Of a stretch of 64,000 nt of DNA, positions 44,043-52,711 are shown piece after piece. Each line of letters begins with the position of its first letter. Position 1 is the first letter of the stretch. The notes beneath the pieces are model-generated. The model had not been told where the DNA came from. It ran no database searches and worked only from the letters and a program-made list of their open reading frames with translations. The DNA is from Acidobacteriota bacterium (GTDB lineage Bacteria; Acidobacteriota; UBA6911; RPQK01; JAJDTT01). Location of the stretch: contig OZ242374.1 in the NCBI GenBank assembly GCA_965209055.1, forward strand, positions 832,001 to 896,000, given 5' to 3'. Both the position numbers and the translations under genes were made by a program.

Positions 44043-45281
44043 TCAGTTGGGCAGACGCCACCGGACGACTTGGGCCGTGTAGCTTCCGACGGGGCGTCCT
44101 CTCTCGTCCAGCGGTGTGTTCCCCAAGGCGGTCACGATGGTGCCGTCCTCCAGGACGACGCTGGCGCCGTAGCCGTGACCCGGGCTCAGATGGTAGACCT
44201 CGGGCAACCAGGTCTGTCCGCCGTCCCGGCTGATCCGCGCCCTGACGTCCCCCTCCGGGTAGGGGTAGCGGTCTTCCACCACCAGGACCACCGGGCCGTC
44301 GGAGAGCTGGACCATGTGCCCGTGGGCCTGGCCGAACTCCAGATCCATGGGCCCGTCCGTCTGACGCCAGACGGGGCGGAAATTCTGCCAGCTCCTGCCG
44401 CCGTCTGCGGAATCGGACAGGAAGACGCGTTTTCCCACGGTGGATTTCTGGATCTCCCGCCGGGCGTGATCCTCGATCAGGGCCGGCGGTTCGTTCTGCG
44501 GGGGAGGAGCCTCGTATCTGCGCTGGTAACGGATGGCGGCCAGAAGGCGGCCGTCGTGAAGTTCCAGCAGATTGGTCTCGGTGCCCCACTGCTGCAAGGA
44601 ATGCTTCTCCTCCCAGCTCTTTCCACCGTCGGTGGAACGGAAGACATAGGTGGTGGGCGGCGGTTTCGAGGCGTCCTCTTTGTCATAGGCGTGTTGGGCA
44701 GCCATGATGGTGGGCCACAGAAGTGTTCCGTCCCGAAGCTCCAGCAGGCAGTTCTGGTTCCCCCCCGCCCGGATGAACGGAGACAGGTTGTCCAAACGGC
44801 TCCATGAGTGCCACGACTCGCCGCCGTCGGTGCTGCGCAGCAGGAAGTCGGTGGGCGGATCGTCGGCGCGGTAGGCCCAGAGCAGGGTGCCGTCCCGCAA
44901 CACTCCGAAGGAGTCATAGTTCTTGGCCCGCATGGGCGGGTCCAGAGAATCGACGTCGATGGAGCGGCTCTCCCAAGTCTTTCCAGCGTCGCGGGAGAGG
45001 AAAACCCGGGCATAGAGGGAGACGTAGATACGTCCGTCCCCGGTCATGCCGATGCCGGGGTCGCCCCGCCAGGGCATATCGGGATAGTCGAGGGGGATGT
45101 ATTCGGCGGGGAGGGTTCCGATTTCCTGGTGGTCCCGGGTGATCCGGATTTCTCCGTTGGGGGTGAAGGGGGCGGGAGGGGCCGGCTCGTCCCGGGTCTC
45201 GACGCCGGGGCGCGTCGACGGACTGCAGCCGAAGCTCAACATGAGCGCCCACAGAAAGTGGATTATGTGAAATCGGTGCAT
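44043..45281 (-). CDS. Sialidase/BNR-family lipoprotein
   Basis: Lipobox SFGC; about five Asp-boxes. Confidence 0.78.
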   Translation of the reverse strand: MHRFHIIHFLWALMLSFGCSPSTRPGVETRDEPAPPAPFTPNGEIRITRDHQEIGTLPAEYIPLDYPDMPWRGDPGIGMTGDGRIYVSLYARVFLSRDAGKTWESRSIDVDSLDPPMRAKNYDSFGVLRDGTLLWAYRADDPPTDFLLRSTDGGESWHSWSRLDNLSPFIRAGGNQNCLLELRDGTLLWPTIMAAQHAYDKEDASKPPPTTYVFRSTDGGKSWEEKHSLQQWGTETNLLELHDGRLLAAIRYQRRYEAPPPQNEPPALIEDHARREIQKSTVGKRVFLSDSADGGRSWQNFRPVWRQTDGPMDLEFGQAHGHMVQLSDGPVVLVVEDRYPYPEGDVRARISRDGGQTWLPEVYHLSPGHGYGASVVLEDGTIVTALGNTPLDERGRPVGSYTAQVVRWRLPN

Positions 45282-45350
45282 GTTGACTCCCTGAGAAAGG
45301 CGAATTTCGAGTCTCCCGCAACTCGTATCGCGTGTTGTTCCTCTGGAGAC

Positions 45351-45431
45351 CGGCGGCAAGAAAGCCGCCTGTTCCCAGTGGGCGACAAGAAAGTCGCCCC
45401 TCCGATCGGCGGCAAGAAAGCCGCCGCTCCC
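45351..45431. repeat. REP-like palindrome cluster (family A)
   Basis: cggcggcaagaaagccgcc twice and gggcgacaagaaagtcgccc. Confidence 0.75.
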
Positions 45432-45440
45432 GATGGGCGG

Positions 45441-46616
45441 CTAGGATGTCGCCCCTCCGAGGCGCCAGTGGAGGGCTGCCATGGTGCGGCTCCCCACCAC
45501 CCGGCCCCGGTGGTTCAAGTCCGTATTTTCGCAGACGGTGACGATGGTGCCGTCGGGGTAGACGACGCTGTCCGGGTAGCCGTGCCCGTGCATGAGCGAA
45601 TAGGTCGTCGGGTCCCAGGTCCGTCCTCCGTCGGAGCTGATCCGCGCCCGGATCCCGGCCAGCTCGTAGGGGTAGCGCTGCAACCAGATGGCTGCGATCC
45701 TTCCGTCGGGAACCTGGACGAACTCGCCGGGGATGCTGCCCCGCAAATCGAACAACCTGGGGTTGACCCAGGTTCGGCCGCCGTCGGAAGACTCGGCAAT
45801 CACCCCGTTTTTCAGAACCCACTCCTCGGTGGGGCTGGCTCCGGTCTTCTCCCGGAAGCCGGGTGGGTCCTCCTGGAGCATCGGTCTCTGGGCTCGGATG
45901 TAGGCCAACATCCGGTTCGAGTCCTTGACCGCCATCAAGGTGCTCTCGGCCGAATAGGGAAGGATCAGGGTCCGGTCTCCCCAGCTCCGGCCCCCGTCCC
46001 GGGACCGGAAGATGTGGTCGTGGAAACCCCGAACTCGAGGGTTGTCCCATTCGTCGACCCCGTCGCGGTGGCGGAGGGTCACGGTGATCATGGCGGTTCC
46101 GTCCGGATGCTGGTAGACGTCGCTCCACCCGGAGCCGCTGAAGGTGTAGGGGCTCACGTCCAGGGGAAAGGGCTCGCTCCAGGACTCACCGTAGTCCGTG
46201 GAGCGCTGGACATAGGTCACCGAGTGGTCCGGCGCGTCGTGGATCAGGATGAAAACGTCGTCGTCCAGTATTCCGAACCCGCCGCCGGTGCCCACCGGGA
46301 GCTTTCGCATGGTCCAGGTCCTGCCGCGGTCCGTGGACTCCCACAAATAGCCGCTGCCCGCCGCGAAGACGCGGCCGTCCCGGGTCAGGCCGGTCCGCGT
46401 GTCGGTCCGGGAGAAGGGGCTGGACATGGGGTAGATCCTGGCGCCCTGGATGGGAATCGTCTTTCGGGTGTGGGGAATCTCGTACGAAAAGGGGACGGGA
46501 ACGGCGGTTCCCTGGTCTCCTCTGCCGGAAGCGGCGGCGCCTGGAACCACCTTCCCGCTCATGGCCAGGACCCCTGCTGCGGCGGTCTTCCGGAGGAAAT
46601 CTCGGCGCCTGATCAT
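45441..46616 (-). CDS. Tat-exported sialidase/BNR-family protein
   Basis: RRRDFL twin-arginine signal; about five Asp-boxes; C-terminus similar to 44043. Confidence 0.8.
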   Translation of the reverse strand: MIRRRDFLRKTAAAGVLAMSGKVVPGAAASGRGDQGTAVPVPFSYEIPHTRKTIPIQGARIYPMSSPFSRTDTRTGLTRDGRVFAAGSGYLWESTDRGRTWTMRKLPVGTGGGFGILDDDVFILIHDAPDHSVTYVQRSTDYGESWSEPFPLDVSPYTFSGSGWSDVYQHPDGTAMITVTLRHRDGVDEWDNPRVRGFHDHIFRSRDGGRSWGDRTLILPYSAESTLMAVKDSNRMLAYIRAQRPMLQEDPPGFREKTGASPTEEWVLKNGVIAESSDGGRTWVNPRLFDLRGSIPGEFVQVPDGRIAAIWLQRYPYELAGIRARISSDGGRTWDPTTYSLMHGHGYPDSVVYPDGTIVTVCENTDLNHRGRVVGSRTMAALHWRLGGATS

Positions 46617-46749
46617 TTCACGGGTCTCGTTCAGGTGGGTCTTGCCGCATCCCGGCCCGAAGTACTAATGTGAACGCTGTTCCGGTCGGCGTTCAGCAAG
46701 AAAATCTGGCCCCGATCCTACCATCGTCCAGAGGAAAGGTACTACTGCA

Positions 46750-47712
46750 ATGGCAAAGCAACCCTTGATCGTGGTTCCCGGTGACCACCCGGTGCAACTG
46801 GCCGGATCACCTCACCTGGAGCGGCTGCGCCCCTATGGAGAGGTGGCCCTCTACTCCACTCGTCCCGCCGGCGACGCCGAGAAACTGGCCCGCGTCCGGG
46901 ACGCGCAGGCGATGATCAATTCCCGGGGCGCCGTCAAATGGCCCGGGCACCTGTTGAAGCAACTTCCCCGCCTGCGTTTCATCACCGTGTGTGGGATCGG
47001 CACCGACTCCATCGATCTGGAGACGGCACGGGAGCAAGGCATCATCGTCTCCAACATTCCCGGGATGACGGCCGCGGTGGTGGCCGAGCATGCACTGGCT
47101 CTCATGCTGGCCGCCTCCAAGCGAGTCTCCTACCAGACGGCCGAGCTGCGGGCGGGCCGATGGATCGGCATGAACAACGTCTACCTGCGGGGCAAGACCG
47201 CCGGCGTCATCGGGACCGGCGCCATCGGAGCCAAGATGATCGAGCTTTGCCGGGCGCTGGGAATGGATGTGGTTGCCTGGACGTTCAATCCGACCGACGA
47301 GCGGGAGCGAAAGCTGGGGGTGCGCTTCCTGGAGCTGGACGAGCTGTTGCAACTGGCGGACGTGGTGACGCTTCACCTCAAACTGACCCCGGAGAGCCGG
47401 CATCTGATCGGCGCCCGGGAGCTGTCGCTGATGAAACCGGGGAGTCTGCTGGTCAATACGGCCCGGGGAGCCATCGTCGACACGGCTGCGCTGGTGGAAT
47501 CCCTCGACTCAGGGCATCTGGGCGGCGCCGGTCTGGATGTGTACGACACCGAGCCGCTCCCCGGAAACGACCCGTTGTTGGAGTGCGAGCAGTTGGTCCT
47601 GACCCCGCACAGCGCGGACCAGACCCCCGAAGGCTACGACCTCCTCAATCAGGGGGTCGTGGACAACGTCATCGCCTTCCTCGAGGGGCGTCCGCGCAAC
47701 ATCGTCACCTGA
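46750..47712 (+). CDS. D-isomer-specific 2-hydroxyacid dehydrogenase (SerA-like)
   Basis: GVIGTGAIG, LVNTARG, LDVYDTEP, LTPH motifs. Confidence 0.92.
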   Translation: MAKQPLIVVPGDHPVQLAGSPHLERLRPYGEVALYSTRPAGDAEKLARVRDAQAMINSRGAVKWPGHLLKQLPRLRFITVCGIGTDSIDLETAREQGIIVSNIPGMTAAVVAEHALALMLAASKRVSYQTAELRAGRWIGMNNVYLRGKTAGVIGTGAIGAKMIELCRALGMDVVAWTFNPTDERERKLGVRFLELDELLQLADVVTLHLKLTPESRHLIGARELSLMKPGSLLVNTARGAIVDTAALVESLDSGHLGGAGLDVYDTEPLPGNDPLLECEQLVLTPHSADQTPEGYDLLNQGVVDNVIAFLEGRPRNIVT

Positions 47713-47728
47713 CGGCTCGAAGAAAGCT

Positions 47729-48121
47729 TCAGACGACGTCGTAGAGCAGGACACCGTACTTCGACCCGGTGAGGGTCTTCTCGATGGTGGGCCAGACCCT
47801 CTGGTGTTCATCCGTGGCCACCCAGGTCTGGCGCTGCTCCTCGGTTTTGAAGCTGATGAGGAGCCGGTACTTGAAGTTGCCGGGAGCCGGACCCGCCAGG
47901 GCCTGCCGCAGCTTCATCAGGCGGACCTCGACGAAGCCGGGCTGGGCGCTGATGGCCGGCCGGAAGATCTTGTGGAAGTTCTCCACCATCTCTCCTTCCC
48001 GGGCCGGGTCCACTTCCAGGTCCACGTGAAGCTGGATCGGCTTGTGATGGGCAGCAGCGGAAGCGCGGCCGGAAAAGAGGCCGATTCCCAGAAAACCAAG
48101 AAGACAGTTGCGACGATTCAT
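47729..48121 (-). CDS. Antibiotic-biosynthesis-monooxygenase-like (dimeric alpha/beta barrel) protein with a Tat-like signal
   Basis: MNRRNCL signal; QPGF..VRL...W.ATDEHQRVWP. Confidence 0.65.
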   Translation of the reverse strand: MNRRNCLLGFLGIGLFSGRASAAAHHKPIQLHVDLEVDPAREGEMVENFHKIFRPAISAQPGFVEVRLMKLRQALAGPAPGNFKYRLLISFKTEEQRQTWVATDEHQRVWPTIEKTLTGSKYGVLLYDVV

Positions 48122-48335
48122 GCGGTGATTCTACCGCACGCCGATCGGACTCGCCGTCTGCGCCAGGTTTTCGAGGCAGGATGGACGATTGAAGGGACGC
48201 GATTGAAGGCACGGGTGTTTTGTCGTCCGGTTCCACGTCGCTACGTGTGCGGTGCGGGATTCGGCGGTTGGGAAACCGTCATTTCTGTTCGGCGGTTAGG
48301 AAACCGCCGCGCCGGTTCGGTCTATAATTGCCTTC

Positions 48336-49553
48336 GTGCGCCGCTTCTTCCTCTGCCACTATCATGAGGTCGGTCTCAAGAAGGGGAATCGCGCCTTCTT
48401 CGAGAGGCGCCTCTGCGAGAACATCCGCAAGGCTCTGGCGCAGTATCCGTACAAGTCGGTCCGGCGAATCTCCGGGCGGATTCTGGTGGAAGTGCCGGAG
48501 GATGCCCCTCACGAGCGGATTGGACAACGCCTCCAGAAAGTCTTTGGGGTGGCGTCCTGTTCTTCCGCCTGGCTCTCCGGACAATCTCTGGAGGACCTGG
48601 AGCGAAACCTCTGGACGCTGGTCCGGGACCGGGAGTTCGACACCTTCAAGATCGAGGCCCGGCGCGCCCAGAAGAGCTTTCCGTTGACGTCACCGGAACT
48701 GAACCGACTGCTCGGTTCCCATGTGGTGGAGCGTTCGGGCAAAGGGGTGAACCTCACCGCTCCCGATCTGACCTGCCACGTCGACATCGTGGAACGGTAC
48801 GCCTTCCTCTACTTCACCCGGTTGCCGGGCGCCCGCGGCCTTCCCGTCACCACTTCGGGCCGGGTCGTCGTGCTCCTCTCCGGCGGGATCGATTCACCGG
48901 TGGCGGCGTACAAGATCATGAAGCGGGGCTGCCCGGTGATCTTCGTCCATTTTCACAGCTATCCCTTCACCAACCTGGAATCCCAGGAGAAGGTCCGGCG
49001 CCTGGTGAGGTTGTTGAACGAATTCCAGTTCGAGTCCGTCCTTTACCGAGTGCCCTTCGCCCACACTCAGCGGCAGATCGTCGCCCTGACTCCGCCGGAG
49101 ACCCGGGTGGTCTTCTACCGCCGATTCATGCTGCGGATCGCCGAAAGGCTGGCTCTCAAGGAGGGCGCGCTGGCCCTGGTGACCGGAGACAGCATCGGCC
49201 AGGTGGCTTCCCAGACGCTGGCCAACCTGTCAGTGATTTCCAGTACCGTGAGCATGCCCGTGCTCCGTCCGCTGGTGGGAGACGACAAGGAGGAGATCAT
49301 TCAGACGGCCAGGCGGATCGGGACCTTTCCCGTCTCCATATTGCCCGACGTGGACTGTTGCTCCCTTTTCGTTCCCAAGCACCCCGAGACTCGCGCGCGA
49401 GCGGCCGCCATCGAGGAGATCGAGGCCGCACTGGACGTGGAAGAGTTGGTGGCGGCCGCACTGGCCGGCGCCGAACGGGAGATCTTCGAATCGATTTCCT
49501 CGGAATTGCCGGCGGCCAAGACCGTCCTCAGCCACGGGAACGGCCCGTCATGA
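48336..49553 (+). CDS. thiI: tRNA 4-thiouridine(8) synthase (no rhodanese domain)
   Basis: YHEVGLKKGNR, THUMP region, LLSGGIDSPVA PP-loop, GDSIGQVASQT, DCC motifs. Confidence 0.95.
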   Translation: MRRFFLCHYHEVGLKKGNRAFFERRLCENIRKALAQYPYKSVRRISGRILVEVPEDAPHERIGQRLQKVFGVASCSSAWLSGQSLEDLERNLWTLVRDREFDTFKIEARRAQKSFPLTSPELNRLLGSHVVERSGKGVNLTAPDLTCHVDIVERYAFLYFTRLPGARGLPVTTSGRVVVLLSGGIDSPVAAYKIMKRGCPVIFVHFHSYPFTNLESQEKVRRLVRLLNEFQFESVLYRVPFAHTQRQIVALTPPETRVVFYRRFMLRIAERLALKEGALALVTGDSIGQVASQTLANLSVISSTVSMPVLRPLVGDDKEEIIQTARRIGTFPVSILPDVDCCSLFVPKHPETRARAAAIEEIEAALDVEELVAAALAGAEREIFESISSELPAAKTVLSHGNGPS

Positions 49554-50155
49554 TGCGGTTCGCTGGGACTCTTCGCGGAGCCGCCGGGTTCCTGCTCTCA
49601 GCCGCGTTCCTGGCTACAGTCTCCGGAGGCGCCTTCGGGGAGGCGGACGAGGCGGCCGCCCGGGTGGAGCGGCTCTTCCAGCAGCTGGAGACGCGTTCCG
49701 AATCCCCCGGGTCCCCTCCCGAAACCTACGTCCTCAGCGAAGAGGACCTCAACGCGTTTCTGGCCTTTCGCTTGCGGAAATACAATCCCAAGGGGGTCGA
49801 ATCGGTGAGGGTGGTCTTCCGCCAGGATCGTCTGCTGGTTCGGGCCGACGTCGACCTCAGCAAGGTCGTTTCGAGCCGGAAAGCTCCCGAAGCGGGTCTC
49901 CTGGCGGCGCTCCTCGGCGGGCGCCACCAGGTGGAAGTGGACGGAGTCCTGGAGGTGGAGGATGGGCGCGGCCAATACCGGCTGGTGGGATTGAATCTGG
50001 ATGGGGTGCCCTTTCCCGCCATGCTGTTGGACTCCCTCGTGGACCGCCTCATGGAGGCGACCCAGCTCTCCGACGATCCCCGCAAGCCTTTCACCATGCC
50101 GTACGGCATCAAAGATGTCACAATAAGTCCGGGCCGGGCCACGATCCGAACCTGA
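49550..50155 (+). CDS. Secreted hypothetical protein (LmeA/DUF2993-like)
   Basis: ATGA-coupled to thiI; signal peptide; LSEEDLNAFL pattern. Confidence 0.6.
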   Translation: MMRFAGTLRGAAGFLLSAAFLATVSGGAFGEADEAAARVERLFQQLETRSESPGSPPETYVLSEEDLNAFLAFRLRKYNPKGVESVRVVFRQDRLLVRADVDLSKVVSSRKAPEAGLLAALLGGRHQVEVDGVLEVEDGRGQYRLVGLNLDGVPFPAMLLDSLVDRLMEATQLSDDPRKPFTMPYGIKDVTISPGRATIRT

Positions 50156-50203
50156 CGAGGGACCCGATTCTTCCATCCTGAAATCGAACCGAAGGGGCGG
50201 CGA

Positions 50204-51526
50204 GTGCTGGAACGAATCGAGGCGCGTCTTCGGGAGGGCGCCCTCCACATCCACGACATTCTGGCCGCGGAGGGCTTTCGGACCTATTTCGCGGGAGGCG
50301 CCGTCCGGGACCTTCTCCTGAACCGCCGCTTCGACGAGATCGACATCGCGACCGCGGCTCCTCCCGACGTTGTCGAGAGACTTTTTCCCCGGACCATCGG
50401 AGTGGGGCGCGAATTCGGCGTCGTCGTGGCCGTGGTCGGCGGCACCAACTACGAGATCGCCACCTTCCGGGCCGAGTCCGGGTACACGGACGGAAGGCGT
50501 CCGGACCAGGTCCGCTTCACCCACGCCCGGCAGGACGCCCTGCGCAGGGACTTCACCGTCAATGCCCTCTTCCTGGACCCGGTCACCGGGAAAGTCATCG
50601 ACTACACCAATGGACGGAAGGACCTGGACCGGGGCCTGATCCGGACCGTCCGGGACCCCCTGCTGACGTTCGAAGAGGACAAGCTCCGGGTGCTCAGGGC
50701 GATCCGGTTCGCCTGCCAGCTCGGCTTCCGGATCGACGGCCCCACCTACGACGGCGTGACCCGCTACGCTCATCGGCTCTCGCAGATCAGCCGGGAGAGG
50801 ATCCGGGACGAACTCCTGAAGATTCTCTGCGGTCCCGCACCGGCGCGGGGCCTGTCGCTGCTATCCGACTCGGGCGTGCTGGAGGAGGTGCTGCCGGAGG
50901 TCTTCGACATGCACGGCGTGATGCAGCCGCCGGCATTCCATCCGGAAGGGGACGTCTTTCAGCACACACGGCTCATGTTCTCCCTGGTTCGGAACCTGAG
51001 TCCGACCCTGGCTCTGGCAGTGCTGTTTCACGACGTGGGCAAGCCCGGCACCTTCGCCTTTGGGGACCGGATCCGGTTCGACGGCCACGCCGAATTGGGG
51101 GCCCGGATGGCCGAGGAAATCTGCCGCCGGCTCAAGCTCTCGGGGGTTCAGATTCAGCAGGTGGTGCGTCTGGTCAAGGATCACCTCCGCTTCATGCACG
51201 TCCGGCAGATGCGGGAGAGCACGCTTCGCCGCTTTCTTCGCACGGAAGGTTTCGAAGAACACCTGGAGTTGCATCGCCTGGACTGCCTGGCCAGCCACGG
51301 CGATCTTTCCAACTATGACTTCTGCCGGGAGAAACTGAGCGAACTGGACCGGGAGGCGCTGGCTCCCCCGCCGCTCATCAACGGGCACGACCTGATCGCA
51401 CTGGGCCTGGAGCCGGGGCCCCTGTTCTCGGAGATCCTGAAGCAAGCCGAAGACCTCCAACTGGAGGGGATCCTGACCGCGCGGGACGACGCTTTGTCAT
51501 GGGTTCGGAAGACGCATGGAACATAG
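50204..51526 (+). CDS. cca: CCA tRNA nucleotidyltransferase / poly(A) polymerase family with HD domain
   Basis: GGAVRD, DIDIAT-like EIDIAT, RRDFTVNA, EDKLRVLRAIRF, HPEGDV, FHDVGK motifs. Confidence 0.9.
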   Translation: MLERIEARLREGALHIHDILAAEGFRTYFAGGAVRDLLLNRRFDEIDIATAAPPDVVERLFPRTIGVGREFGVVVAVVGGTNYEIATFRAESGYTDGRRPDQVRFTHARQDALRRDFTVNALFLDPVTGKVIDYTNGRKDLDRGLIRTVRDPLLTFEEDKLRVLRAIRFACQLGFRIDGPTYDGVTRYAHRLSQISRERIRDELLKILCGPAPARGLSLLSDSGVLEEVLPEVFDMHGVMQPPAFHPEGDVFQHTRLMFSLVRNLSPTLALAVLFHDVGKPGTFAFGDRIRFDGHAELGARMAEEICRRLKLSGVQIQQVVRLVKDHLRFMHVRQMRESTLRRFLRTEGFEEHLELHRLDCLASHGDLSNYDFCREKLSELDREALAPPPLINGHDLIALGLEPGPLFSEILKQAEDLQLEGILTARDDALSWVRKTHGT

Positions 51527-51596
51527 CCGGCGGCACTGACGATTCGGGGCCGCGCAACTATCTTATCGCCGAGTCGGGTGTTATAAATGGGACACC

Positions 51597-52442
51597 ATGA
51601 TACCCAGAATCCCGTTCTTCGTTGTTCTCCTGATCGGATCGCTGGCTTGGTTCAGTTGCTCGGAACCGCCGCCACCGGAGCCTGAGGCTCCGGTCGATCT
51701 ACCCCCGCCCCCGCCCAAACCGGGAGACATGGTCCTGATCCCCGCCGGGGAGTTCATGATGGGGACCGACAGCGTCCCGAATAACGCTGCAGGTCTGGAG
51801 ACGCCGGCTCACAAGGTGACTTTTGACAACCCCTACTACATCGATGTCTACGAGGTGACCAACGGCCAGTGGATCAAGTTCCTGACCGAGAGCCGCACCA
51901 AGGTGGAAAGCAACTGGCGTCCCATGTACTCCATCGGCAAGGAGGACGTTCCCGTCGCCAATCTGACTCTGGACGACGCCAAGGCCTACTGCGAGTGGGC
52001 CGGAAAACGCCTCCCCACCGAGGCGGAGTGGGAGCGGGCCGCCAGGGGGCCGGAGAACCTCCGGTTTCCGTGGGGAGACGTCTACGATCCGAGCAAGTCC
52101 AACACCAACGACATGAATTTCAACGGCTTGGTCGAAGTCGGCAGCTTCGAGACGGACAAGAGCGGTTACGGCGTCTACGACATGATGGGCAATGTCCAGG
52201 AGTGGACCAGCGATCGGCTCCGGCCTTATCCGCAGAGCACGAGAAAGGTCCGCAACAATCCTGCATTCACGTCCCGGTTCAGGCTCTACTCCTTGAGAGG
52301 TTCGTCCTTCGCCTTCAAGGGAAGCAGCATGAATCTGTTGACCCGTAGCGGATACCCGGCCAAGGCTCAGTACGGGACCGGTTTCCGCTGCGCCAAGGAT
52401 GCCGAAGAAGAGGCTCCCGCGGAGGGTGGCGGAGAGCAGTAG
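51597..52442 (+). CDS. FGE-sulfatase (SUMF1) domain lipoprotein
   Basis: Lipobox WFSC; MVLIPAGEF.MG, RLPTEAEWE.AARG, GNVQEW, GFRC motifs. Confidence 0.88.
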   Translation: MIPRIPFFVVLLIGSLAWFSCSEPPPPEPEAPVDLPPPPPKPGDMVLIPAGEFMMGTDSVPNNAAGLETPAHKVTFDNPYYIDVYEVTNGQWIKFLTESRTKVESNWRPMYSIGKEDVPVANLTLDDAKAYCEWAGKRLPTEAEWERAARGPENLRFPWGDVYDPSKSNTNDMNFNGLVEVGSFETDKSGYGVYDMMGNVQEWTSDRLRPYPQSTRKVRNNPAFTSRFRLYSLRGSSFAFKGSSMNLLTRSGYPAKAQYGTGFRCAKDAEEEAPAEGGGEQ

Positions 52443-52470
52443 CCACAGCGATCGGCCCATGACCCAGACC

Positions 52471-52507
52471 GGAGAGCTTGACAAGCTCTCCCGCCTTCGA
52501 CTACGAT
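52471..52507 (+). promoter_or_regulatory. sigma70 promoter of tRNA-fMet with a palindrome over the -35 box
   Basis: TTGACA (52478)-N18-TACGAT (52502); GGAGAGCTTG-A-CAAGCTCTCC dyad. Confidence 0.6.
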
Positions 52508-52520
52508 TTCCCGTCTCTGT

Positions 52521-52597
<77 letters not shown>

Positions 52598-52711
52598 ACC
52601 TCACCCGTTTTTTTCCGTCCGGTATTTTCCACCCATTCAGGCACGTGCTCACACTGCGGCCTCATAGGTTCGGGCCGTATTGCGTTTTACGGAAAGCGAG
52701 GAAAAGCGAAA

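Noticed and set aside
51597-52442. True formylglycine-generating enzyme maturing the sulfatase
   Set aside because: It lacks the catalytic Cys pair after the RGxS motif and is a lipoprotein, so it is likely a non-catalytic FGE-fold protein.
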